DNA of 64,000 nt from Saezia sanguinis (GTDB lineage Bacteria; Pseudomonadota; Gammaproteobacteria; Burkholderiales; Burkholderiaceae_C), in the NCBI RefSeq assembly GCF_003991585.1, contig NZ_PQSP01000002.1:388420-452419 (forward strand). Reading direction: 5' to 3'. The position numbers were made by a program, and so were the translations under genes. Shown in pieces: positions 36,882-47,845 of this stretch. The notes beneath the pieces were generated by a model. It saw nothing but the letters and a program-made list of their open reading frames with translations, had not been told where the DNA came from and made no database searches. Every line of letters begins with the position of its first letter. The stretch's first letter is position 1.

Positions 36882-38897
36882 ATGGACATGTTTGGCAAAT
36901 TAAGTTTAGAGGCAATTCCTCTGCATGAACCCATCATCATGGTGGTGATGGGGTTTGTGATTTTAGGCGGTATTGCTGTAATGGGGCTGATGACTTATTA
37001 CGGCAAGTGGGGCTGGCTGTGGAAGAACTGGCTGACCACCACCGACCATAAAAAAATCGGTGTCATGTACTGTATTGTGGCGATTCTGATGCTGGTGCGG
37101 GGCTTTGCCGATGCCATCATGATGCGGGCCCAGCAGGCCATGGGGTATGCGGCAGCCAGTGCGCCCGATCCGGGTTATCTGCCGGCACACCATTACGACC
37201 AGATTTTTACCGCGCATGGCGTGATCATGATCTTTTTCATGGCAATGGCCTTGCTGACCGGGTTGATGAACCTGATTGTGCCGTTGCAGATCGGCGCGCG
37301 CGATGTGGCGTTCCCATTTCTGAATAACCTGAGCTTTTGGCTGCTTTGCTCGGGCGTGGTGTTGATCATGGTGTCGATGTTTATCGGTGAATATGCCAAA
37401 ACCGGCTGGCTGGCGTATCCGCCGCAGTCGGGGCTGGAGTTCAGCCCGGATGTGGGGGTGGACTATTACATCTGGGGGCTGCAGTTATCGGGGCTGGGGT
37501 CGTTGCTGACCGGGGTGAACTTCCTGGTGACGATTTTCAAATGCCGCACCCCCGGCATGAAGCTGATGCAAATGCCGATCTTCACCTGGACGGTGCTGAT
37601 TGCCTCGCTGATGATTGTGGCAACGTTCCCGATGCTGACGGTATCTTTACTGCTGCTGAGTCTGGACCGTTATCTGGACATGCACTTTTTCACCAATGCA
37701 GGTGGCGGCGACCCGATGCTGTATGTGAACATGATCTGGACCTGGGGCCACCCGGAAGTCTATATTTTGGTGCTACCGGCGTTTGGTATCTACTCGGAAG
37801 TGGTGGCCACGTTTGCCCGCAAAGCATTGTTTGGCTATAAGACCATGGTGTGGGCAACGGTGTCGATTGCGGTGCTGTCCACCGTGGTGTGGGTGCACCA
37901 TTTCTTCACCATGGGCGCTGGGGCCAACGTCAATGCGTTCTTTGGCATCATGACGATGATCATTGCCGTGCCAACCGGTGTAAAGATGTTCAACTGGCTG
38001 TTCACCATGTATCGCGGACGTATCCGGTTTTCGGTACCGATGCTGTGGACCATTGGTTTTCTGGTGACATTTGCCATTGGCGGCATGACCGGCGTGCTGA
38101 TGGCGGTGCCGCCGGCAGATTTCCTGGTGCACAACAGCCTGTTCCTGGTGGCGCACTTTCATAACACCATCATTGGCGGCGTTGTGTTTGGCTACCTGGC
38201 GGGTGTGGTGTACTGGTTCCCGAAAGCGTTTGGTTTCAAACTCAGTGAAAAATGGGGCAAGCGCGCATTCTGGTTCTGGCTGACAGGTTTTTATGTGGCC
38301 TTCATGCCGCTGTATGTGCTGGGCTTCATGGGCATGACGCGGCGTCTGTACCGCTACGATAACCCGGACTGGCAGTTGCCGCTGATCATTGCCTCCATTG
38401 GGGCCGTGCTGATTCTGCTGGGCATTGTGTGTACGGTGCTGTCTATTCTGGTGGGTATTTTGGAGCGCAAGAAAAATCTGGATCTCACGGGCGATCCTTG
38501 GGATGGGCGTACGTTGGAGTGGGCAACCTCTTCACCACCACCGGTGTATAACTTTGCCAAACTGCCCGAAGTGCACGGACTGGACCAGTTCTGGGAAGAC
38601 AAACAAAAAGGCAAGGTGCACCAGTTCAGTGAGCATTATGAACCGATTCACATGCCGCGCAATACCGGCGTGGGCCTGATCATCGGGCTGGTGTTGGGTA
38701 CGGCATTTGGTTTTGCGATGACCTGGCATATCTGGTGGCTGGCGATTGTGGGGCTGGCGGGCATGATCATTTCATATGTGGTGCATACGTTCAATACCGA
38801 TACAGACTACTACATTCCCGCAGACGAAGTGGCCCGTACAGAGAAGGCATTCCAGGAAAAACTGGCGCAGGCCGAACAGCAGGGCATAAAGGTATAA
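36882..38897 (+). CDS. cyoB: cytochrome bo3 ubiquinol oxidase subunit I
   Basis: 671-aa polytopic haem-copper oxidase subunit I ([27 protein letters not shown]). Confidence 0.95.
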   Translation: MDMFGKLSLEAIPLHEPIIMVVMGFVILGGIAVMGLMTYYGKWGWLWKNWLTTTDHKKIGVMYCIVAILMLVRGFADAIMMRAQQAMGYAAASAPDPGYLPAHHYDQIFTAHGVIMIFFMAMALLTGLMNLIVPLQIGARDVAFPFLNNLSFWLLCSGVVLIMVSMFIGEYAKTGWLAYPPQSGLEFSPDVGVDYYIWGLQLSGLGSLLTGVNFLVTIFKCRTPGMKLMQMPIFTWTVLIASLMIVATFPMLTVSLLLLSLDRYLDMHFFTNAGGGDPMLYVNMIWTWGHPEVYILVLPAFGIYSEVVATFARKALFGYKTMVWATVSIAVLSTVVWVHHFFTMGAGANVNAFFGIMTMIIAVPTGVKMFNWLFTMYRGRIRFSVPMLWTIGFLVTFAIGGMTGVLMAVPPADFLVHNSLFLVAHFHNTIIGGVVFGYLAGVVYWFPKAFGFKLSEKWGKRAFWFWLTGFYVAFMPLYVLGFMGMTRRLYRYDNPDWQLPLIIASIGAVLILLGIVCTVLSILVGILERKKNLDLTGDPWDGRTLEWATSSPPPVYNFAKLPEVHGLDQFWEDKQKGKVHQFSEHYEPIHMPRNTGVGLIIGLVLGTAFGFAMTWHIWWLAIVGLAGMIISYVVHTFNTDTDYYIPADEVARTEKAFQEKLAQAEQQGIKV

Positions 38898-38901
38898 GGT
38901 T

Positions 38902-39534
38902 ATGACAACAACAACGATGACTTCACAAGAGGCTCATGCTGCCCATGCCGGGGCGCACGAGCATCACGATCAGAGTGATAAAACCGTTTTCGGGTTCTGG
39001 CTGTACCTGATGACTGACCTGATTTTGTTTGGCGGGCTTTTCATTGCCTATGTGGTGCTGCATGGCAATGTGGTCGATGGTCCCGGCACGCACGATATTT
39101 TTCAGCTTGGGTTTGTGCTGGTGGAAACCTTTTTGCTGCTGGTGAGTAGCTGCACATTTGGTTTTGCCATGCTGGCGCTCAGCCGCAAACAGATTGCCCA
39201 GGTCAAAATGTGGCTGCTGGTGACTTTTGCATTGGGCGCATGCTTTGTCGGGATGGAGGTGTATGAGTTTCATCACCTGGTGGCAGAAGGCTATGGCCCG
39301 AGCCGCAGCGCTTTTCTTTCGGCGTTCTTTACACTGGTGGGCACCCATGGTATTCACGTGACGGTGGGGCTGGTGTGGATACTGGTGATGCTGGTGCAGG
39401 TGAGCAAATGGGGCATCAACGCCAGAACCACGGTGCGGCTGACCTGCCTGAGCCTGTTCTGGCACTTTCTGGACATTGTCTGGATTTGCGTGTTCACTGT
39501 GGTGTACCTGATGGGCAAGCTGCCCGTTGCGTGA
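38902..39534 (+). CDS. cyoC: cytochrome bo3 ubiquinol oxidase subunit III
   Basis: 210 aa with five TM helices. Position and size match CyoC. Confidence 0.9.
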   Translation: MTTTTMTSQEAHAAHAGAHEHHDQSDKTVFGFWLYLMTDLILFGGLFIAYVVLHGNVVDGPGTHDIFQLGFVLVETFLLLVSSCTFGFAMLALSRKQIAQVKMWLLVTFALGACFVGMEVYEFHHLVAEGYGPSRSAFLSAFFTLVGTHGIHVTVGLVWILVMLVQVSKWGINARTTVRLTCLSLFWHFLDIVWICVFTVVYLMGKLPVA

Positions 39535-39546
39535 TAGGAAAAAAAG

Positions 39547-39942
39547 ATGAGTCATTCAACAATTGATCCCCATACCGGCGCCGGTCACGGCAGTGTCAAG
39601 TCATACGCCATCGGGCTGGTGATTTCGATTGCGCTGACCTTGCTGGCATTTGGTGCGCTGATGGCTGACGGCCATTTCGGCCTGGGCCGTACCGCATTGA
39701 TGGTGCTGATTGCCGTGTGTGCAGTGGCGCAGATTCTGGTGCAGTTGATCTGCTTTATGCACATGGGGTCTTCCGACCAGTGGTGGAACCGTACCTCGTT
39801 TATCTTCACCATACTGACCATTGCCATTTTGCTGGGCGGTTCTTTATGGGTCATGCATCACCTGCATGCCAATATGCATCCGGATATAAATCATGTCATA
39901 CAACAAAGCCACACTGTCCCTGCAGCGCCCAGCTCATATTAA
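39547..39942 (+). CDS. cyoD: cytochrome bo3 ubiquinol oxidase subunit IV
   Basis: 131 aa with three TM helices. Position matches CyoD. Confidence 0.85.
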   Translation: MSHSTIDPHTGAGHGSVKSYAIGLVISIALTLLAFGALMADGHFGLGRTALMVLIAVCAVAQILVQLICFMHMGSSDQWWNRTSFIFTILTIAILLGGSLWVMHHLHANMHPDINHVIQQSHTVPAAPSSY

Positions 39943-40855
39943 GAGCTATCTGCAGATTACCAAGCCGGGCATCATTTTTGGTAACCTGGTTTCTGTCATG
40001 GGCGGCGCGCTGCTGGCAGCGCAAGGCCATGTACAACTGGGGGTATTGCTGGCAACCCTGTTGGGCGTGGCGTGTGTGATTGCCTGTGGCTGTGTGCTGA
40101 ACAATTACATTGACCGCGATATTGACAGCCGTATGGAGCGTACGCGCAACCGTGCTTTGGTCAGAGGTGAAATTACCCCCCGGGCTGCGCTGGTGTATGC
40201 CAGTGTTTTAGGTGTGGTCGGGCTGGTGCTGCTTTATACCCAGACTACCCGGCTGGCGGCGGTGTGTGCTGTTTTAGGGCTGCTGATTTATGTCGGGGCT
40301 TACAGCCTGTACTTCAAGCGCCATTCGGTTCACGGTACGTTCATTGGCAGCTTTTCAGGTGCATTTCCGCCGGTGATTGGTTACTGTGCTGTATCGGGGC
40401 AGTTTGATCTGGCGGCGGTGATACTGTTTGTGATGTTCAGCCTGTGGCAGATGCCACACTCTTATGCCATTGCGATCTTCCGGCAGGGTGACTATGCGCG
40501 GGCACAACTGCCTGTGCTGCCGCTGGTGCGTGGCATTACCAATGCCAAGTGGCAGATTGCTATTTACATTGTGCTGTTTACCGTGGCTGCGGCCCTGCTT
40601 TCGCTGCTGGGGTATACCGGGTATGCGTATCTGGTATGCGTTTCTGTTGTGGGAGTCATCTGGTTTTATCTGGCACTCAAAGGGTTTGACGTGTCGGACC
40701 ATAAGGCATGGGCGAAGAAAGTGTTTGCATTTTCAATCATGGTGGTGATTGTGCTGAGTACCGGCATGGCACTGGATTACCGTGCGCAAAATACAGTGCA
40801 TGCTTCTGTGCCTTCCATTCAAGGGCTGGTTTTTTTACCGCAGCCTAAAGTCTAG
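39893..40855 (+). CDS. cyoE: protohaem IX farnesyltransferase (haem O synthase)
   Basis: YLQITKPGIIFGNLVSVMGG and NNYIDRDIDSRMERTRNRAL are UbiA-family motifs. The called start overlaps cyoD. Confidence 0.85.
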   Translation: MSYNKATLSLQRPAHIKSYLQITKPGIIFGNLVSVMGGALLAAQGHVQLGVLLATLLGVACVIACGCVLNNYIDRDIDSRMERTRNRALVRGEITPRAALVYASVLGVVGLVLLYTQTTRLAAVCAVLGLLIYVGAYSLYFKRHSVHGTFIGSFSGAFPPVIGYCAVSGQFDLAAVILFVMFSLWQMPHSYAIAIFRQGDYARAQLPVLPLVRGITNAKWQIAIYIVLFTVAAALLSLLGYTGYAYLVCVSVVGVIWFYLALKGFDVSDHKAWAKKVFAFSIMVVIVLSTGMALDYRAQNTVHASVPSIQGLVFLPQPKV

Positions 40856-40893
40856 TGCCTATTGGCAACGCGTTATTTAAAACCGCAGCGCAG

Positions 40894-40923
40894 TAAAAAA
40901 AGCAGGGTGTTTTAAACCCTGCT
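40894..40923 (-). terminator. rho-independent terminator for mgtA-mgtC: 8-bp GC stem (AGCAGGGT/ACCCTGCT), then a U7 tract on the minus strand
   Basis: aaaaaaAGCAGGGTgttttaaACCCTGCT read directly. On the minus strand the hairpin is followed by TTTTTTT. Confidence 0.7.
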
Positions 40924-40953
40924 GTGAGATGCGGTGACACAACGTGATTCATC

Positions 40954-41670
40954 TTAGGTGGTGGTGCTCGGGCTCCAGAATGCCTGGTGTACGTAACTGG
41001 TACCGCCCATGCGCTGCATGATGTTGTCCAACCGCTCACCCTGAACAGACGTGGCGACCAATGTGGTTTTTATTTCCACCTCGCTGTCGCTGAATGCATT
41101 GACATGCCAGTCTTTCGCCGGAAAACTGTTGCGTTCCAGTTCTGCGTCCAGCATGGCCATAACGGGTTTCTGATGGGCTTTGTCACAGATGACGGAAATC
41201 ATGTGCGTGACTTCAGCCGATTCGTTGTCCAATGGTTTTTCGTTGAGTGCATTGACAATCGGGCGCAGCAGTGTATTGGCTGCCAGCACAAACAGCGTTG
41301 CCATGATGGCTTCGGCAATTTTGCCGGCCCCTGCACAAGCGCCGATGGCTGCCGTTCCCCAAAGGGTTGCCGCGGTGTTGATGCCACGCACGCCGCTGCC
41401 CTCACGCATAATGACGCCAGCGCCCAAAAAACCAATGCCTGAAACCACATAGGCAATGACCCGGGTGGTTCCCTCATCGTTGCCGATACTGCCTGCCAGG
41501 CTGACAAAAATGGCAGACCCCAGCGCGACCAGCGCATTGGTGCGCAGGCCGGCTGTGCGTTGCCTGTACTGGCGTTCAAACCCGACAAGGCTCCCCAGGA
41601 TAAAAGCGGCAGCCAGAGCCAAGAAGGATGATAGCAATGCGGCCGGGTTGAAGTTGTGAATGGTTTGCAT
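40954..41670 (-). CDS. mgtC: MgtC/SapB family membrane protein
   Basis: ILGSLVGFERQYRQRTAGLRTNALVALGSA is the MgtC signature. The gene lies immediately downstream of mgtA. Confidence 0.85.
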   Translation of the reverse strand: MQTIHNFNPAALLSSFLALAAAFILGSLVGFERQYRQRTAGLRTNALVALGSAIFVSLAGSIGNDEGTTRVIAYVVSGIGFLGAGVIMREGSGVRGINTAATLWGTAAIGACAGAGKIAEAIMATLFVLAANTLLRPIVNALNEKPLDNESAEVTHMISVICDKAHQKPVMAMLDAELERNSFPAKDWHVNAFSDSEVEIKTTLVATSVQGERLDNIMQRMGGTSYVHQAFWSPSTTT

Positions 41671-41687
41671 GATGCGCTCCTTTTTTG

Positions 41688-44462
41688 CTACCAGCCATAG
41701 CGGCGAATGTAAATGCCTTTAAGCGCCTGGGTTAAAAGCATGTAACCCAGCAGGATCAGTGGCAGAAAAACGAAATACAGCGGCGGCAGTGCCTGCAGCT
41801 TGAGGTAGCTGGCCAGCGGCCCCATCGGCAGCCAGATGCCAACTGCCATGATGACAGCGGTCATGGTGAGCAGTGGCACAGCGGCACGGCTTTGGATAAA
41901 AGGTATTTTGGGTGTGCGGATCATGTGCACGATCAAAGTCTGTGTGAGCAGCCCGACGACAAACCAGCCTGACTGGAAAAGTGATTGGTTTTCCGGTGTA
42001 TTGGCTGCAAAAACAAACCACATCATGGCAAAGGTCAGGATGTCGAAAATAGAGCTGATCGGCCCGAAAAAGATCATGAAACGCCCGATTTCTGCGGGCT
42101 TCCAGTGCTGCGGTTTTTTCAGCAGTTCTTCATCCACGTTGTCAAATGGAATAGCTGCCTGCGAGGTGTCGTACAGCAGGTTCTGAATGAGCAGGTGAAT
42201 CGGCAGCATCGGCAGGAACGGAATAAAGGCGCTGGCAACCAGCACGGAAAATACATTGCCGAAATTGGAGCTGGCAGTCATCTTGATGTATTTGAGCAGG
42301 TTGGAGAATGTACGGCGGCCTTCGCGCACGCCTTCTTCCAGCACCATCAGGCTTTTTTCGAGCATGATGATGTCTGCCGCTTCTTTGGCAATGTCTACGC
42401 CGGTGTCTACCGAAATGCCAATGTCTGCCGTGCGCAGTGCGGCGGCATCGTTGATGCCGTCTCCCATAAAACCGACGACGTGTCCGTTTTCTTTCAGCAA
42501 ACGGACAATGCGGGCTTTATGCGATGGTGTCAGGCGCGCAAATACAGTGGTTTTTTCGACCAGCCTGGACAGTTGTGCATCGTCAAGACGCTCAATGACG
42601 GAGCCGCACAGGATATCTTCAGCGTTAAACTGCAGGCCGACATCGTGACAGACTTTTTCAGCCACCAGTTCATTATCCCCGGTGAGTACCTTCACGGTAA
42701 TGCCATGCTCGGTCAGTGCCCTGATGGCCTGGACCGCGCTGTCTTTGGGCGGATCGAGAAATGCCAGGTAACCTTCCAGCACCATGTCTTTCTCATCGAT
42801 CCGGCTGTAGGTATCCTGCCATTCGCGGGTAGTTTTGGTGGCAACAGCAACCACGCGCATGCCTTCTTCATTCAGGTCTGCGCAGGTCTGCCTGATGTTC
42901 CAGAGTGTCTGCTCATCAAGTGCGGTGGTGACGCCATTGTGCCGAATGTTTGTGCAGACGGCCAGAATTTCTTCGACGGCCCCTTTGGTGATGAGCAGGT
43001 GGGCGTCATCCGGCGTCTGTACCACAACGGTCATACGGCGGCGCTCAAAGTCAAACGGGATTTCGTCAACTTTCTGGTATGCCATTCGGGTGTCTTCGGC
43101 TTGGACGGTTTGTCCGTGCTCAAGCACTGCCACATCCAGCAGGTTTTTCAGGCCACTTTGGTAATAGCTGTTCAGGTAGGCCAGTTGCAGCGTATATTCA
43201 CAGGGGTTGCCATTGACATCCAGGTGCCGTTCAAGCACGATTTTGTCCTGGGTCAGTGTTCCGGTTTTATCGGTGCACAGCACATCCATTGCGCCGAAAT
43301 TCTGAATGGCATCCAGCCGTTTGACAATGACTTTCTTGCGTGACATGGTGACCGCACCTTTGGCCAGTGTGGCGGTGGCAACCATCGGCAGCATTTCGGG
43401 CGTTAATCCTACCGCAACAGACAGGGCGAACAGCAGTGCCTCCACCCAGTCGCCTTTGGTAAAGCCGTTAATGAACAGCACCAGAGGAACCATGACCAGC
43501 ATGAAGCGGATCAACAGCCAACTGACTTTGTTGACGCCGATCTGAAAAGATGTGGGAGCACGGTCGGTTGCCGTGACCCTTTGGGCAAGCTCGCCAAAAT
43601 AGGTCCGGTCTCCGGTGGACAGAACAATGGCTCTGGCAGTCCCCGAGACTACGTTGGTACCCATGAATACAATGTTGCTCAGTTCCAGCGGGTTCAGGGT
43701 CAGGGCATTGGTCAGGTGATCATACTTTTCCACCGGCATGGATTCGCCTGTCATCGCGGCCTGGGCAACAAACAGATCTTTTGTGCTCAATAGCCGGCAA
43801 TCTGCAGGGACCATGTCACCGGCAGAAAGGGCAATGATATCGCCGGGAACCAGCTCCCGTATTGGGACTTCCTGCTGCAAAGCCATGGATCCCAGGCTCA
43901 GGGGTGTTTGTGAAGAGGTGGTTTCTTCTTGCTGCTGTTGCTGGCGTATCACGGTCGCGGTATTGCTGACCATGGCTTTCAGCTTATCTGCAGCTTTGTT
44001 GGCGCGTGCCTCCTGCACAAAGCGCAGCCACGTTGAAAGTGCAACCATGGTGGCGATGATGACGGTTGCCGTCATGTCGTCCGTGAGAAACGAAATGATG
44101 GCCAGCAGCGTCAGCAGCAGATTAAAAGGGTTGCGATACGATAGCCACAGATGTGTCCACCAGGGCAATGGCTTGTCATGCTCGACTTCGTTCAGGCCAA
44201 ACTGTTCCCTGAGTTGGGTTACCTGGGTTTGGGACAGTCCCTGCTGACCCGACCCGTATTGCTGCAACAGGCTATCTTTATTGCTGGCCGCGACGGATTG
44301 GAGTTTTTGGCTCAGACCGGCCGGGACCTCGCGGTTCAGCCCGGTTTTAGGCAATGTGTCCAGAATCAGCAGCCGGCGGAAGTGGCGCACAATGCGGCGC
44401 GGGAATACACTGAGGATAAATCTTTTCATTTTCATGGGTGTGCCCTCCTGTGTCCGATACAA
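41688..44462 (-). CDS. mgtA: Mg2+-importing P-type ATPase
   Basis: CTDKTGTLT phosphorylation motif, MGDGINDAAAL and TGES. The N-terminus aligns with E. coli MgtA. The true start is probably the downstream MKMKRF ATG. Confidence 0.9.
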   Translation of the reverse strand: MYRTQEGTPMKMKRFILSVFPRRIVRHFRRLLILDTLPKTGLNREVPAGLSQKLQSVAASNKDSLLQQYGSGQQGLSQTQVTQLREQFGLNEVEHDKPLPWWTHLWLSYRNPFNLLLTLLAIISFLTDDMTATVIIATMVALSTWLRFVQEARANKAADKLKAMVSNTATVIRQQQQQEETTSSQTPLSLGSMALQQEVPIRELVPGDIIALSAGDMVPADCRLLSTKDLFVAQAAMTGESMPVEKYDHLTNALTLNPLELSNIVFMGTNVVSGTARAIVLSTGDRTYFGELAQRVTATDRAPTSFQIGVNKVSWLLIRFMLVMVPLVLFINGFTKGDWVEALLFALSVAVGLTPEMLPMVATATLAKGAVTMSRKKVIVKRLDAIQNFGAMDVLCTDKTGTLTQDKIVLERHLDVNGNPCEYTLQLAYLNSYYQSGLKNLLDVAVLEHGQTVQAEDTRMAYQKVDEIPFDFERRRMTVVVQTPDDAHLLITKGAVEEILAVCTNIRHNGVTTALDEQTLWNIRQTCADLNEEGMRVVAVATKTTREWQDTYSRIDEKDMVLEGYLAFLDPPKDSAVQAIRALTEHGITVKVLTGDNELVAEKVCHDVGLQFNAEDILCGSVIERLDDAQLSRLVEKTTVFARLTPSHKARIVRLLKENGHVVGFMGDGINDAAALRTADIGISVDTGVDIAKEAADIIMLEKSLMVLEEGVREGRRTFSNLLKYIKMTASSNFGNVFSVLVASAFIPFLPMLPIHLLIQNLLYDTSQAAIPFDNVDEELLKKPQHWKPAEIGRFMIFFGPISSIFDILTFAMMWFVFAANTPENQSLFQSGWFVVGLLTQTLIVHMIRTPKIPFIQSRAAVPLLTMTAVIMAVGIWLPMGPLASYLKLQALPPLYFVFLPLILLGYMLLTQALKGIYIRRYGW

Positions 44463-45360
44463 GATCAGCAGGCCATGGCAGGGCCTGTCCGAAGTATTCA
44501 GACATTTCAGTGGTTATCAATTTGCGATGAGCGTGCAGATTGCAGCGGCGGTTTCACTGCATCAAACTGGATGCGGAATTGCCGGCCTGCACGAGACGAT
44601 CTTCGGTAAGCTGGATAAAAAGCAGCAGTGCTTTTCTATCTGTGGCAACCGGTTCAGCAGGGGCACGAGGGTGGCTTGAGCGACAGGTCAAAGTCCAGCA
44701 TGTGAGCCTGTGATGCGCTATGCTGCTGGCAAACGGCATAGAAACGGGTGCCCCATGAACGGATGTCATAGGATACAGAATCGGGTCTGTCTGTCCGGTA
44801 CATGAGGCCTCCATTAAAAATGTATTCAGCCAGGTAACATTGAATATGCCGCAGAAGCGGCATCATCTGTACTGATGCGCAAAGCCGTGTCAGGCTCTGC
44901 GACAAATACAGTCTGATGCACAGGCATTTTCAGACCTGAACCGTTACCTGCCTTTTATAAAAAGCAGGTCAGTTGAAATAAAAACAGGTAGCGATCATGT
45001 ACAATCGTATTGATACGCTGCTGTCCCGTTATCTACCAGATAACTGTGGCAGCAGGTTGAAATGCTGCGAATTATCTGGCCGATGCGATGCCGGCTTTAT
45101 TTGCCGGACAACTACTGTCACTCGAACCATTGCCCATTGTCAGGGTCTCCGCTATTGAACTTGGCGTCATTCTATGACAAATTAAATATCAGGGAAAGCT
45201 TTGCGGGCGCATGACAGGGCCTGATGTGGCGTAAGTTACACGGTATGTATCATGATCACGGCAGTCAGAAGTGTCAGAGCCGCAATGTCCCTATGTTATA
45301 TAAATGGAAGCAGTTGCCGCGCCAAGGGCGTAAGCGGATTCCTTTTACAATACAGTCATC

Positions 45361-46239
45361 ATGGCCCATTCACTTTCTCTTGATATAACGCTCAATGCCG
45401 ATCTGCATTGCCACTCAACCATTTCAGATGGAACGCTCACACCCGAAGAGCTGGCGCAGCGGGCCCAAGCCAATGGTGTGCAGTTATGGGCCTTGACCGA
45501 TCATGACGAAGTCAGCGGCATCGAGCGTGCGGCGGTTGCTGCGCATGGCCTGGGATTGCCGTTTTTGGCTGGTGCAGAGCTCTCTGTATCTTTTGCCAAA
45601 GAAACCGTGCATATTGTCGGGATGGGGATGGACCCTTGTAACCAGACGCTGATCGACGGGTTGAAGAAAATCAGGTCAGGCCGTTTGCAGCGTGCGCAGG
45701 AAATGGGTGAAAGCCTGGCAAAGGCCGGAATTGAAGGGGCTTTTGAAGGCGCGCTTCAATATGTAGGCAACCGCGATTTGATTTCCCGTACGCATTTTGC
45801 GCGTTTTCTGGTTGAAAAAGGCGTGTGCAAAGACACCGGGGAAGTGTTCCGCAGGTATCTGACAGAGGGAAAGCCGGGCTATGTGGCGCACGAATGGGCT
45901 ACGCTAGAGGAGGCAGTGGCGTGGATTCATGGTGCCGGTGGCATGGCGATCATTGCCCACCCGGGGCGTTATAAACGCTTGAGAGCCAGTGAGGAACATG
46001 CGTTGTTCACAGAGTTCTACGCGCTGGGCGGGCAGGGGGTTGAAGTTATCACAGGCAGCCATACGCCTGCAGATGCGCAAAAATATGCGCAGGTAGCCAA
46101 GGATTTTCATCTGCTGGCTTCCCGGGGGTCGGATTTTCATTCTCCGGAAGAAAGCCGCATCGATCTGGGGGCATTGCCCTTGCTGGGCGCAGCAGTGGAG
46201 CCTGTCTGGGCGCATCTGGCCGACCGTATCCTCTATTGA
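45361..46239 (+). CDS. yciV: PHP-domain phosphoesterase (YciV/TrpH, RNase AM-like)
   Basis: LHCHSTISDGTLTPEEL...ALTDHDEVSGI is the PHP metal-binding His motif. It is followed by yciO, as in E. coli. Confidence 0.8.
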   Translation: MAHSLSLDITLNADLHCHSTISDGTLTPEELAQRAQANGVQLWALTDHDEVSGIERAAVAAHGLGLPFLAGAELSVSFAKETVHIVGMGMDPCNQTLIDGLKKIRSGRLQRAQEMGESLAKAGIEGAFEGALQYVGNRDLISRTHFARFLVEKGVCKDTGEVFRRYLTEGKPGYVAHEWATLEEAVAWIHGAGGMAIIAHPGRYKRLRASEEHALFTEFYALGGQGVEVITGSHTPADAQKYAQVAKDFHLLASRGSDFHSPEESRIDLGALPLLGAAVEPVWAHLADRILY

Positions 46240-46421
46240 GGCTGTTGAATGTAACGCCACTGTTTTATGGCTGCGACAAAAGCCACAAACAGTACGCACA
46301 TCTGATTTAATTTATAGCAGATTCCCTGATTTGAACAGAATCAGGCACAATAACCGGTTATGCATTGATTTGAGATTTGAGCAGGCACCTTCGGGCTGCG
46401 CAGAAGTATTGTTGACACACC

Positions 46422-47060
46422 ATGGCTTTACATATTTATATTCACCCACAGGATCCGCAGCCCAGGCTGATTCGCCAGGCCGTGCAGATGCTGCGCGACG
46501 GTGATGTGCTGGCCATTCCGACCGATACCAGCTATGCGCTGGTATGCCAGTTGGATGACAAAAACGCAGTGGATCACATGCGCAAGATTCGCGGACTGGA
46601 TGCCAAACAGCATCCGTTTTCGCTGCTGTGTGCCGATCTGTCGCAACTGGCGTCTTATGCCAAAGTGGATAACCGGCAGTATCGCCTGTTGAAATTGGGG
46701 ACGCCGGGGCCATTTACCTTTATTCTGGAAGCAACCAAAGATGTGCCGCGCCGGGTCAGTCATCCGCAGCGGCGTACCATCGGTTTGCGTGTGCCGGGGA
46801 TGCGCGTCACCCAGGCCCTGCTGGATGAAATGGGCGAACCCCTGCTGGCGACCACGATGATTCCCCCTGGTGAGACCGATGCCTTGAACGATGCGCAGGA
46901 GATTGCCGAGCAGTTTGCCCACCAGATTCAGGCGGTGCTGGATGCCGGTGCCTGCCCGAGTGAGCCCAGTACCGTGATTGATCTGAGTCAGGGTGATCCG
47001 GTACTGGTGCGCCGCGGGCTGGGCGATCCGGCGCAACTGGGTTTGCAGTTGGATGACTGA
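46422..47060 (+). CDS. yciO: YrdC/Sua5-family L-threonylcarbamoyladenylate synthase-like protein
   Basis: YIHPQDPQPRLIRQAVQMLRDGDVLAIPTDTSYALVCQLDDKNAVDHMRKIRGLD is collinear with E. coli YciO. Confidence 0.85.
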   Translation: MALHIYIHPQDPQPRLIRQAVQMLRDGDVLAIPTDTSYALVCQLDDKNAVDHMRKIRGLDAKQHPFSLLCADLSQLASYAKVDNRQYRLLKLGTPGPFTFILEATKDVPRRVSHPQRRTIGLRVPGMRVTQALLDEMGEPLLATTMIPPGETDALNDAQEIAEQFAHQIQAVLDAGACPSEPSTVIDLSQGDPVLVRRGLGDPAQLGLQLDD

Positions 47061-47122
47061 TATACCTGCAAAAAAACGATGCAGGATGGTGGTATTTTTG
47101 AATTGATGAAAACGGGCGTTAA

Positions 47123-47818
47123 ATGGACATTGACATAGCCAACCTGATCCGATCCATTGCGGTATATGCAATTCCGGTGTTGTTTGCCATCACGGTGCAT
47201 GAGGCGGCACACGGTTATGTGGCACGCCGTTTTGGCGATATGACGGCAGCAGCGCAGGGGCGGCTGAGCCTGAATCCTTTCAGGCATATTGATCCGGTCG
47301 GGACTGTTTTGCTGCCCTTGTTTTTGCTGGTTGCAACCAAAGGACAGTTTGTTTTTGGCTATGCCAAGCCGGTGCCGGTGAACATGGCTTATCTGCGCAA
47401 CCCCAAACGTGACATGATCTGGGTGGCGCTGGCTGGCCCGATGTCGAATTTTGTGCAGGCAATTATCTGGGCTTTCTTATATATTGCCCTTGATGCCATA
47501 AGTATTCATACTCCAGGTCTGGGCGCTGCGGGCAACTTTTTTGAGAGTATGGCATTTGCAGGGATAGCGGTGAATCTGGTGCTGTGTATGCTGAATCTGT
47601 TTCCGATTCCGCCGCTGGATGGCGGGCGCATTGTCACCGGGCTGCTGCCTTATAACCTTGCCCGCACTTTTGCACAGATAGAACCGTTCGGGTTCCTGAT
47701 CGTGATTGCACTGCTGTTCACCGGTTTTATTTCCAATTACTGGATATGGCCGCTGTTCCAGTTCGGCATGAAAGTCGTGTGGTGGATTCATTCGCCGCTG
47801 ATCTGGTTGCTTTCGTAA
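47123..47818 (+). CDS. site-2 protease family (peptidase M50) membrane metalloprotease
   Basis: HEAAHGYVARRFGD (HExxH) lies in the first TM helix. The protein is polytopic. Confidence 0.8.
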   Translation: MDIDIANLIRSIAVYAIPVLFAITVHEAAHGYVARRFGDMTAAAQGRLSLNPFRHIDPVGTVLLPLFLLVATKGQFVFGYAKPVPVNMAYLRNPKRDMIWVALAGPMSNFVQAIIWAFLYIALDAISIHTPGLGAAGNFFESMAFAGIAVNLVLCMLNLFPIPPLDGGRIVTGLLPYNLARTFAQIEPFGFLIVIALLFTGFISNYWIWPLFQFGMKVVWWIHSPLIWLLS

Positions 47819-47845
47819 TTTTGAATTTGTCTTAAGCGTTAAAGG

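Noticed and set aside
44330-44512. ~60-codon Pro-containing uORF overlapping the mgtA start in another frame (mgtL-like leader peptide?)
   Set aside because: It overlaps the mgtA coding start out of frame, has no evident RBS, and the Pro codons are few. It is most likely coincidental. It is mentioned only under the mgtA leader finding.
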